A stretch of DNA of 52,723 nt from an uncultured Candidatus Saccharibacteria bacterium (GCA_964597895.1 CAZQZS010000005.1:1-52723); one strand, 5' to 3'. Shown: positions 17,205-24,589, numbered from the stretch's first letter. The notes: generated by a model from the letters alone, not told the origin. A program made the numbers and translations.

Positions 17205-18195
17205 ATTTTAGGTTTTGATTGAAGAAATTGATTGTGCGCTGCATGACCGTTCCCCATGCCGGACCAAACTCATGCCCTTCGCCAGGGTACTCGTGCAGAA
17301 TCACTTCTTTGCCTGCTGCCTGTAGAGCATCACGCGTGCGGTAGCTCCACTCTAGAGGTACATCTGCATCATTGGTGCCATGGTTAATCATGACAGGGGA
17401 CTTAATGCGGTCAAAAAAGTTGACCGGCGACAGGTTGTCCCAAAATTCTGGATTGGTTTCCGGATCGCCATGTTGCTGTTTGATTTGCTCAACTGCTTCT
17501 GGTCGGCTCTTTGTCCAGCGGTAGTAGCTTTCGCGCACGTCGGAAGACACCGGAGCATACAGCATGTAAGCGTCTACCAATTCTGGCTGAACAACCATGA
17601 CAGCTTGAGCAATGCCGCCGCCCATGGAGTGTCCGATCATAGCGATGCGGTTGGTGTCAGCGTAAGTCAGGTTTGCTGACTTGAGTGCATAGATAGCATT
17701 AATCACATCCTCTATGTATCCGATTCTGATGTCGCCTTCTACATTGTCGTCCTTGGATGACTGTGCGTGATTGCGATAGTCAGGATGGATTACAATGTAA
17801 CCACGAGCAGCAAAGTAATCTTGTTCGCGACGCAGACCGCGACCATTGGTGTAGATGGCAGGATCGATGTAGCCATGGTTCATAATTACGACTTGGAAGG
17901 GACCGGTGCCTTTCGGTACGTTCATAATTCCCGAGATGGTAAGCTCCCCGCTTTTGTATGTAATGTAGTAGCGAGTGTAGGTAGCGGTTTCAGATTGCAC
18001 TTGGCCAATCTGCAAATCTCGGCCGTCAAATTGTTTTTGCATGAGCGCTTGCAGGGAAGTGGGGTTCACAATTTCACCGCCCTCGGTTTTGATTTGCTGG
18101 TTTGGGTTTACTGTTTGGCTGCTTTCCGTAGATTGCTGGCTGCAGCCCACTGCTATCATAGAGATAGCTATAAAAATAAGGATAATATACTTCAT
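17203..18195 (-). CDS. Alpha/beta-hydrolase lipoprotein (S9 / prolyl-oligopeptidase-like)
   Basis: Start revised from 18315 to MKYIILIFIAISMIAVG|C lipobox; GHSMGG, HGTNDADV, GEGHEF catalytic triad. Confidence 0.85.
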   Translation of the reverse strand: MKYIILIFIAISMIAVGCSQQSTESSQTVNPNQQIKTEGGEIVNPTSLQALMQKQFDGRDLQIGQVQSETATYTRYYITYKSGELTISGIMNVPKGTGPFQVVIMNHGYIDPAIYTNGRGLRREQDYFAARGYIVIHPDYRNHAQSSKDDNVEGDIRIGYIEDVINAIYALKSANLTYADTNRIAMIGHSMGGGIAQAVMVVQPELVDAYMLYAPVSSDVRESYYRWTKSRPEAVEQIKQQHGDPETNPEFWDNLSPVNFFDRIKSPVMINHGTNDADVPLEWSYRTRDALQAAGKEVILHEYPGEGHEFGPAWGTVMQRTINFFNQNLK

Positions 18196-18232
18196 ATAGT
18201 TACTATAACGCATTTTGGCAGATTTTATATCA

Positions 18233-18259
18233 AAAAAAGACCCTTTTATCGCAGGGTCA
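18233..18259 (-). terminator. Intrinsic terminator
   Basis: Minus strand GACCCT-loop-AGGGTC-T7 directly after the 71-aa ORF. Confidence 0.7.
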
Positions 18260-18472
18260 GGCGATTTCCTCATCCGATAACCTAAGTTTATATCTTTGAG
18301 GGTGGCAGAGTTCACAGCTATAATCAGGGATTATTAGCGGCCCGACTGGGCCTTGTTCTTGTTGAACAGCCCAAGCCCAAGCAAAGACCGAACCGTCAGG
18401 GATAATTGATTCATGCCGGCCAGACTCGCATCGCCAAGTGCGCTGCGGCCCCACAAAGTGTTGATCTTTCAT
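18257..18472 (-). CDS. Small Cys/His-containing protein (71 aa), possible metal-binding
   Basis: GGAGG SD 6 nt upstream of ATG 18472; C-x4-H and CELCH motifs; terminator downstream. Confidence 0.6.
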   Translation of the reverse strand: MKDQHFVGPQRTWRCESGRHESIIPDGSVFAWAWAVQQEQGPVGPLIIPDYSCELCHPQRYKLRLSDEEIA

Positions 18473-18814
18473 TAGCATCCTCCAATTGATTCAAAAATAA
18501 ATACCATCCTTACATCCTTAGCTAAAAAGAATATAACAATGGTATTTATTTTGGTGGAGATGGCTATTCGGCAAGCTCAGGGCAGGCGGGAGTCTGTTTA
18601 ACTCCCACTATACCATTAACAAACATTCCACTTCGTGAAATCTTTGTTAATGATGGACATCATCTCAAAAAACTTGGAACCCATTCAAGATTACATCCTG
18701 CGGTGGTATCTTGTGTTGTTTGATGTCCAAAGATACAGCATTTGCGGGCATACTAGCAAGTTCCAGCTATTGAAGAGCCGATATCTGTAGTTTTTTTAGA
18801 TTTTCCTCATGCTC

Positions 18815-18843
18815 TTGACATAAATCCCGAAATTCGTTATAGT
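18815..18843 (+). promoter_or_regulatory. sigma70-type promoter for islet peptide operon
   Basis: TTGACA (18815-18820)-17 nt-TATAGT (18838-18843). Confidence 0.8.
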
Positions 18844-18924
18844 TGGGCTGACCTTGGAAACTAGGTTTTTGCCTGCTATCTGGCAGACAAAGTCAATTTT
18901 ATAGACTAAGGAGGGGTCAAACGC

Positions 18925-19026
18925 ATGAAGAAATTCAAGTTTCGTTCACGAGTGCGCAAGCCGAAGGCGAAAAACCTGAAGCTCGCATCAACGTGTTCCG
19001 GCGGCGACGATAGCAACAACTGCTAA
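18925..19026 (+). CDS. 33-aa peptide, basic N-terminus and Cys-flanked C-terminus (not in ORF track)
   Basis: MKKFKFRSRVRKPKAKNLKLASTCSGGDDSNNC; TAAGGAGG SD; near-consensus promoter; downstream hairpin 19052-19082. Confidence 0.7.
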   Translation: MKKFKFRSRVRKPKAKNLKLASTCSGGDDSNNC

Positions 19027-19096
19027 TTGCTATGGAAGCCTTTCTACAACATTGGTCACTGCAAGTTTTCTTGTGTGGCCAATTATTTATATAAAG

Positions 19097-19741
19097 ATGA
19101 AGATAAATATAATATACTCGGACCAAATTAAGCTGAGTCCAGCGTTAAAGCTTAAAATCAATAAGACCATTAGGAACACTTACTCCAAGGCGGAGGATTT
19201 GATAGAGCTGAAACCGCTAACCTTTTTCGTTTATGGTAATCCCGGTATAGATGTTAAAAGAGTCGGAGGCTACACTCCATCGGGAAGCGTTATCCAAATT
19301 GCTTTAAACCCTAAATCTAGAATTACGGCGGCATATTTGGACCTGCTTTCGATGACCGTAGCTCATGAGCTTCATCACGCTGCAAGATGGAATGGGATAG
19401 GTTTTGGAGATACTCTTTTTGATGTGCTGATTAGCGAGGGTATGGGGAAACTGTTTGAAGTAGAGGTTACTGGCTTGGAATTGGATACGCTGATAGCTAA
19501 ATTCGGCACGGACGAGGTGAAGAGATGGTATTCAATAGCAAAAAAAGAGTTTCTTTCTGAAAAGTATTCTTACGCCGACTGGTTTTTTGGCTCCGAAGCC
19601 AGAGCGATTCCTAAACGGATGGGTTACGCTTTGGGTTGTTATATTGTGAGCGAATATATGAGACTCAAAAAGCTCAAGCCGTCCCAGTTAGTAAATGTCA
19701 AAAGCGACAAAATCTATGCCACGATTATCAAAGCCTTATAA
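19097..19741 (+). CDS. Putative Zn-dependent metallopeptidase (DUF2268-like gluzincin)
   Basis: TVAHELHHAAR (HExxH), LISEGMG, WFFGS...RMGYALG; start revised from 19052 to MKINIIYS. Confidence 0.8.
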   Translation: MKINIIYSDQIKLSPALKLKINKTIRNTYSKAEDLIELKPLTFFVYGNPGIDVKRVGGYTPSGSVIQIALNPKSRITAAYLDLLSMTVAHELHHAARWNGIGFGDTLFDVLISEGMGKLFEVEVTGLELDTLIAKFGTDEVKRWYSIAKKEFLSEKYSYADWFFGSEARAIPKRMGYALGCYIVSEYMRLKKLKPSQLVNVKSDKIYATIIKAL

Positions 19742-20018
19742 AATTACTTATATTGATTCGCCAAATTTTTCCTCAGGGTTTGAGCCTTTTATAAAGGAAG
19801 AAATCAATATGCTAATGAAGAATTTGGATAAGCCTAAGACTGCGATCCAATTTGTGGTTTTCGAACAACTCACCAAGGCCTCCCGAATGGGTTACGCATT
19901 AACCTCCGCTAAAGGACTTATCGGTATTGGCTTGAATAGCAAGCTAAAAAATTTAAAAGAAATTGTTAAGACAAATCTTCCGGCAGATTTAAAGATAAAA
20001 ATACAATCATTACAATGA
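19695..20018 (+). CDS. Hypothetical protein, weakly similar to N-terminal half of upstream peptidase
   Basis: Open 107 codons, start uncertain (ATG 19695 or 19716); overlaps peptidase 3' end. Confidence 0.5.
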   Translation: MSKATKSMPRLSKPYKITYIDSPNFSSGFEPFIKEEINMLMKNLDKPKTAIQFVVFEQLTKASRMGYALTSAKGLIGIGLNSKLKNLKEIVKTNLPADLKIKIQSLQ

Positions 20019-20034
20019 TTGGAGGTGAAAGCAA

Positions 20035-20118
20035 ATGACTCGTAAAGAGCGAATCAGGCGCATAGCTGAGAAGCTTTGCGCAGCTAAGTGCGCTGCCTGT
20101 CAGGGCTGCACATCATGA
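20035..20118 (+). CDS. 27-aa Cys-rich peptide (not in ORF track)
   Basis: MTRKERIRRIAEKLCAAKCAACQGCTS; GGAGGTGA SD at 20021-20028; two hairpins downstream (20119-20161). Confidence 0.7.
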   Translation: MTRKERIRRIAEKLCAAKCAACQGCTS

Positions 20119-20185
20119 AGCCGAAAGGCTAAGGGCGTAGTACATTCAATATGTGCTACGCTCAATTTTAATATATACTTAATTT

Positions 20186-20776
20186 ATGGATAATAAATCT
20201 ACAAGCAATTGGGATAATTACTACGAAAATACAAAGAATTATCCTCCAGCTCCATTATTAGTTAAAGCCTTAGAGTACGTAGAAACAATAGGCAAGGCTA
20301 TTGATATAGGTGGAGGCGGAACATTAAAAGATACCTTATTTTTACTCTCCAAAGGTTTTGATACTACTGTAGTTGATAAAGAGGATGTGATAGCAGTGTC
20401 AGTAGAAAAGGTTGGTTCTGATAAACTTCATTTTTTCGTTAGCAGTTTCTCTGATTTTGATTTCCCTGTAAATGAGTATGATTTAGCAGCTGCTATCTAC
20501 TCATTGCCTTTTACTCCGCCAAAAGATTTCGAAAGAGTGTTTGAAAAAGTTAAGTCTTCTTTAGTACAAAATGGCGTATTTTGTGGTCAGTTTTTTGGTG
20601 ATCGCGATGGATGGAAAGACAATTCTAATTTAACATTTGTTACAAAAGAGAAGGCAATGTCTATGTTAGACGGCATGGAGGTCCTCCATTTTGAAGAAAA
20701 AGAATTTGATGGCAAAACAGCCGATGGCTCGGCAAAGCATTGGCATGTGTTCGATATTATTGCTAGAAAGTTATAA
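20186..20776 (+). CDS. Class I SAM-dependent methyltransferase (TehB-like)
   Basis: AIDIGGGG motif I, acidic VVD motif II, YDLAAAIYSLPF, NGVFCGQFFG, HWHVF; TATACT 7 nt before ATG. Confidence 0.85.
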   Translation: MDNKSTSNWDNYYENTKNYPPAPLLVKALEYVETIGKAIDIGGGGTLKDTLFLLSKGFDTTVVDKEDVIAVSVEKVGSDKLHFFVSSFSDFDFPVNEYDLAAAIYSLPFTPPKDFERVFEKVKSSLVQNGVFCGQFFGDRDGWKDNSNLTFVTKEKAMSMLDGMEVLHFEEKEFDGKTADGSAKHWHVFDIIARKL

Positions 20777-20852
20777 CCTTACTTTTATTCGTAGAGCGCT
20801 TTGGCTAATTTCTCTACTAACAAAAAAAGCACTTATATAAGCGCAATTTTAG

Positions 20853-21234
20853 TGGTGGAGATGGCGGGAGTTAAACCCGCGTCCAAAACTGGTTCACCAT
20901 CTCATTGGTCACAAGCTTAGTCCGTTTAAGTGCCTTTAGTCTAACAACGGACAACTAAACTAAAGGTTGATTAACAACTATTCGGCTGAGTCGCGTTAAT
21001 CAAACGACGCAGCTATAACTCCTAATAAAGCAGTGACTCTGTGGCCGGAGTAGACAACAGGACTGCGCTTTCACCTAAGTTAGGCTACAGCAGGTGCGTA
21101 GTCAGCAGAAAATGCTGCTACGACCTTGTTCCATGCGTTAGCACGTATGAATGCTTGTAAGATTTACGAGCTTGCAAGCTGGCTCGGCTTGTATATGAAA
21201 TGATGTCAAAGTTCTGTCAAAATCCGGCATCCCC
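20853..21234 (-). ncRNA. ssrA: tmRNA (transfer-messenger RNA)
   Basis: 5' GGGGATGCCGGATTTTGAC, 3' GACGCGGGTTTAACTCCCGCCATCTCCACCA; tag ORF ANAWNKVVAAFSADYAPAVA at 21080-21142; smpB nearby. Confidence 0.95.
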
Positions 21235-21244
21235 GGTAGCTAAT

Positions 21245-21273
21245 ATTGTACGGTAAAATAAGGGTTTTGTCAA
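21245..21273 (-). promoter_or_regulatory. ssrA promoter
   Basis: Minus strand TTGACA-17 nt-TACAAT. Confidence 0.75.
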
Positions 21274-21326
21274 GGCTGTCTGTAACGATGATATAATAAA
21301 TTTAACTGAAATTAATTATCTAGATT

Positions 21327-22118
21327 ATGCCATTTGATTCAGACCCGGACCGAAAATTTAACCATGAGCATTATTCGTTTTTACCAAGCAATCATTATGA
21401 GGTTTTGGGCGTAAGCAACTCTGCTTCACCCGAAGAGATCAAGAAAGCTTACCGCCAGAAGCTAGTTGAAGGTCTGCACGAGGATAAAATTGCCGGCATG
21501 CCTGAAGGGCCGGAAAAGGATAGTGCGCAGCGAAAGTTGGAGGCACTAAAAGAAGCTCAAAGAGTGTTAGAAAACCCCCGGCTTCGGCAAATTTACGATA
21601 CGCACCTTGAAGGACAAGCTGGTAAACAGTCGGTAAGTCCAGATACTGACTCTCCAGAATCAGAAGCTGGTTCGGTTTCACCCGAGCAAGTAAAGGAGTG
21701 GTTTGATTTGGCTATGTCGCGTTTGGATTTAGCGGTTGATAAGGACGCTATGGATGCGGCGATAGCCGATTTTAACGCCAATTTCCCAGGACCTAAACCA
21801 ACCGCTGATTCAGATGGACGTCAGAGTATTCAGCGGGAAAAGCTTGTCAGCATTCCCGAAGGGGATTTTATAATTTATACCGTGGCTAACATGGGCGACA
21901 TCGCTTCACAGCGTCTGGTGGCGCGTGAACTTCCGCCATTCAAAATTGGCGACATGCTAAAAGTTAAGCGTACTAGCGGTGAAGTTGAAGAAGGCTGGCA
22001 GGTGAGCGATTTTGAAATCAAGGATGGAGTCCACGGTCCCGTGCGAATTATTGTTTTAGAAAAAGGCGATCTAATCAAAAAAGTAAATGCCAAGAATCTT
22101 AGAGAGATAAATAGCTAA
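21327..22118 (+). CDS. J-domain-like protein (HPD changed to HED) with C-terminal beta domain
   Basis: NHYEVLGVSNSASPEEIKKAYRQK..LHEDK..EAQRVLENPRLRQIYD. Confidence 0.75.
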   Translation: MPFDSDPDRKFNHEHYSFLPSNHYEVLGVSNSASPEEIKKAYRQKLVEGLHEDKIAGMPEGPEKDSAQRKLEALKEAQRVLENPRLRQIYDTHLEGQAGKQSVSPDTDSPESEAGSVSPEQVKEWFDLAMSRLDLAVDKDAMDAAIADFNANFPGPKPTADSDGRQSIQREKLVSIPEGDFIIYTVANMGDIASQRLVARELPPFKIGDMLKVKRTSGEVEEGWQVSDFEIKDGVHGPVRIIVLEKGDLIKKVNAKNLREINS

Positions 22119-22128
22119 GGGTTACATT

Positions 22129-22443
22129 ATGGAATTTAGAGAAGTAGAGCCGAGTTTTTCGGTAGAAGAGTCAATCTCGCCAGAAAAGATCTTGGGAATT
22201 ACCGAGCATGCCAATCTTGAAGAATTAGAACAGGCTTTTGCTCGCCGTATGCAAGGATTGTTAGATGAACTAATCGCTGGTCAGAGCGGAGAGGGCTTGC
22301 GGGTGATTCCGCAGCAGGAGTACGAGGCGAGGCTGGCTGAGATTCAGCATGCTTACCAAACTTTAAAAGCACGGGCAGCAGCAGAAAACGAGATTGATAC
22401 CCAGGAACTGGACCCTAATTTTCCTAATCAATTAATAAAATAA
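22129..22443 (+). CDS. Degenerate J-domain-like small protein
   Basis: PEKILGITEHANLEELEQAFARR...EIQHAYQTLK; no HPD. Confidence 0.6.
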   Translation: MEFREVEPSFSVEESISPEKILGITEHANLEELEQAFARRMQGLLDELIAGQSGEGLRVIPQQEYEARLAEIQHAYQTLKARAAAENEIDTQELDPNFPNQLIK

Positions 22444-22444
22444 A

Positions 22445-22479
22445 AAAACTCCCTTCGCTGGCAGGCGGAAGGGAGTTTT
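22445..22479. terminator. Bidirectional terminator
   Basis: AAAACTCCCTTC(GC)...GAAGGGAGTTTT between convergent genes. Confidence 0.75.
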
Positions 22480-22482
22480 AAA

Positions 22483-22908
22483 TTATTTTTTTGCTTTTTT
22501 GGCAACCTTTTTGGCTTTAGTTACCTTAACTTTTTTGACTGCGGATTTTACAGCCTTAGGCACAACTTTTTTTACGCTTTTGCCGGCTGCGTTGATTTCT
22601 GCGCTGATAATGTCCCAGTGCGCTTTGAGCTCTGCGGCTAAACCGGCCAGTTCGGGCGTATCAACATTCTTTAATCCTTTGTATTGCTTAGCTGCAGTGT
22701 CTACAATTTTGTTGTAAGTCGCTTTGGTAACTTTGCCGGCCTTGTTTACTTCTTTGGCTACGTCAGCCTGCATATCTTTTGCCCACTTGGCAATTTTTTT
22801 GCGGTTTTTAGCATTCTTCCCGGTTAGGAAGTAAGCTGCTGTGGCAGCTGCGGCAATGGCAGCTACTCCGGCTCCCACGGCGACTGCTTTTTTTTGAGAC
22901 TTGTTCAT
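22483..22908 (-). CDS. Lys/Ala-rich membrane-anchored protein (YtxH-like)
   Basis: N-terminal hydrophobic AVAVGAGVAAIAAAATAAYFL, amphipathic helices, histone-like KKA tail. Confidence 0.65.
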   Translation of the reverse strand: MNKSQKKAVAVGAGVAAIAAAATAAYFLTGKNAKNRKKIAKWAKDMQADVAKEVNKAGKVTKATYNKIVDTAAKQYKGLKNVDTPELAGLAAELKAHWDIISAEINAAGKSVKKVVPKAVKSAVKKVKVTKAKKVAKKAKK

Positions 22909-22909
22909 A

Positions 22910-23182
22910 CTACTTTTTCTTTCTTGATTGCTTGGACTTAAGTCCTAAAACAAATTTAATGAATGAGCTGAGCTTAAACCCCTCTTGTTTAATGCTTTTG
23001 CTTAGCTCTCCTAGATCCTCAACGATGAACTTTCCAGCTCGGCTGGCTTGATCAGCAATCATTTTTAGCGTGCGTAAGAACATGATGAAGTAAATCAACG
23101 CGACTACCAAAAATGCGGTGATGAAAATCACAGCAATGCCGGTGACTATGAAAAATAAATCAGTGAGTGTAAGAGAATCCAT
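22910..23182 (-). CDS. Small membrane protein (DUF948/YtxG-like)
   Basis: N-terminal TM followed by coiled segment; paired with YtxH-like gene; TGATATAAT 7 nt upstream of ATG. Confidence 0.6.
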   Translation of the reverse strand: MDSLTLTDLFFIVTGIAVIFITAFLVVALIYFIMFLRTLKMIADQASRAGKFIVEDLGELSKSIKQEGFKLSSFIKFVLGLKSKQSRKKK

Positions 23183-23203
23183 TACTGTATTATATCACAC
23201 TAG

Positions 23204-23761
23204 TTAGTACGAATATTTACGGAGCAATGTTTCTAGTAACTTTTGATAGCTACGCCGCAGTTTTTCGTCCCGGCCAATCTCTAAAACTTCATCGTTGCGC
23301 TCGGTGGCGCTTGCTGTCCAGTTATAAGAGCCGCTAACAAAGCTTTTATCGGTCACTAAAGTTTTAAGATGCATAATGGCGCTGTGGTCGTTGAATTCAA
23401 TCGGGATTCCGGCGCCTTGCAGTTCTGCAACAATTTTGGCTTGAGGCTCTAGCTCCATAGATTGCTTGCGGTCTATTAAGCCATGGACGTCCAGGCCGCG
23501 CAGTTTGGCAGCTATAAGCGCATCTTTAATATCTTCGCGGGTAAAAGTATAAATGGCAAAGTAAACATACTTGTCTGCTTGGTGAATTTGATCAATCACG
23601 AGTTCGTTGGCGGCGACTTCGCGACTGTAATAGATGCTGACCTCTCGGTTTTTGGCTTCTTGCCAGTTTGGTTGCCAAACCAAAGAGTAGTAAAGCTGGC
23701 TGAGCGCGGCGATTAAGCAGACAATAATGGTTATATAGATTAAATCGCGATTGAGTTTCAT
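23204..23761 (-). CDS. Membrane-anchored phospholipase D-family (single HKD, Nuc-like) protein
   Basis: MHLKTLVTDK...SGSYNWT; AIYTFT, RGLDV. Confidence 0.85.
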   Translation of the reverse strand: MKLNRDLIYITIIVCLIAALSQLYYSLVWQPNWQEAKNREVSIYYSREVAANELVIDQIHQADKYVYFAIYTFTREDIKDALIAAKLRGLDVHGLIDRKQSMELEPQAKIVAELQGAGIPIEFNDHSAIMHLKTLVTDKSFVSGSYNWTASATERNDEVLEIGRDEKLRRSYQKLLETLLRKYSY

Positions 23762-23812
23762 AGATTAATTGTAAAACAGGATTGCTAAATCCTGTTTCAA
23801 TTTTATTTCAAG

Positions 23813-24250
23813 TTATCGGTCGGTGGCCTTACGGGTTTCGCGCTTGGTATCGCGCTCTTTGATGTACTCGCGCTTGTCAGTTTTCTTGCGGCCGCGGCCA
23901 ACTCCGATTTTTAGCTTTACAAGATTGCGGGGACCAATGAAAATTTCTAGTGGAATAATGACGGTGCCTTTTTCTTTGCCCACCAGCTGGTTAAGCTCAC
24001 GCTTATTAAGTAGAATTTTTCGGGATTGTGTGGGTTCGTATCCTTCTTGCGGGGCATAACGGTAAGGACCGATGTGTGCATTTACCAGGCTCGCTCCTGT
24101 GGCTGATACTTTGACGTAGCTGCCTGCCAGCGAGATATTGCCTTCCTTTGCTGATTTGACCTCGCGCCCTTCCAATACTAAACCAGCATCAAAAGTATCT
24201 TTGATGTCGTAATCAAATTTGGCTCGCTTGTTCTGGGCTAAAGATTTCAT
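23813..24250 (-). CDS. smpB: SsrA-binding protein SmpB
   Basis: NKRAKFDY, AGLVLEGREVKS, RKILLNKRE, GRGRKKTDKRE. Confidence 0.97.
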   Translation of the reverse strand: MKSLAQNKRAKFDYDIKDTFDAGLVLEGREVKSAKEGNISLAGSYVKVSATGASLVNAHIGPYRYAPQEGYEPTQSRKILLNKRELNQLVGKEKGTVIIPLEIFIGPRNLVKLKIGVGRGRKKTDKREYIKERDTKRETRKATDR

Positions 24251-24309
24251 AAAGTTATTTTACCTCTCATAAGCAAATAAAAAAAGCCGGAGTGGGAGCA
24301 CTCTGGCTG

Positions 24310-24567
24310 TTATCCTGGCCATTCTGTTAACCAGGATTTATTAAAGAAGCGTTGTTGGTTATCCGAATGTTTCAGAATTTTATCCTGTTTCCTATCGGCC
24401 AGCATAACTTTAGGCACTTCATAAATCCCAGATTCTACATCCAAGACTGTGAATGGACCTGGTCCGAATCGTTCAGTTAAGCGGATAATCCAGCTGCTTT
24501 GGTCTTGAGTTCTCCAAGTCACCAGTGTCTGAAGCGGGAAGTTATTCGTTTGCTTCATTTTGAACAT
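24310..24567 (-). CDS. Small hypothetical protein (85 aa)
   Basis: Start revised to ATG 24567 with AAAGGAGGTG SD; TTGACA-17-TATAAT at 24618-24590; terminator 24279-24308. Confidence 0.7.
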   Translation of the reverse strand: MFKMKQTNNFPLQTLVTWRTQDQSSWIIRLTERFGPGPFTVLDVESGIYEVPKVMLADRKQDKILKHSDNQQRFFNKSWLTEWPG

Positions 24568-24589
24568 AAACACCTCCTTTAGGTCATAA

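Larger units (their letters stand above)
18552..20865. mobile_element. Integrase-less genomic islet bounded by tmRNA 3' end and its duplicate
   Basis: TGGTGGAGATGGC at 18552-18564 and 20853-20865; further GGCGGGAGT match after a 23-nt insertion; accessory cargo. Confidence 0.65.

Noticed and set aside
18552-20865. Prophage or integrase-bearing element
   Set aside because: No integrase, transposase or phage structural gene in or beside the islet; only the att-like duplication remains
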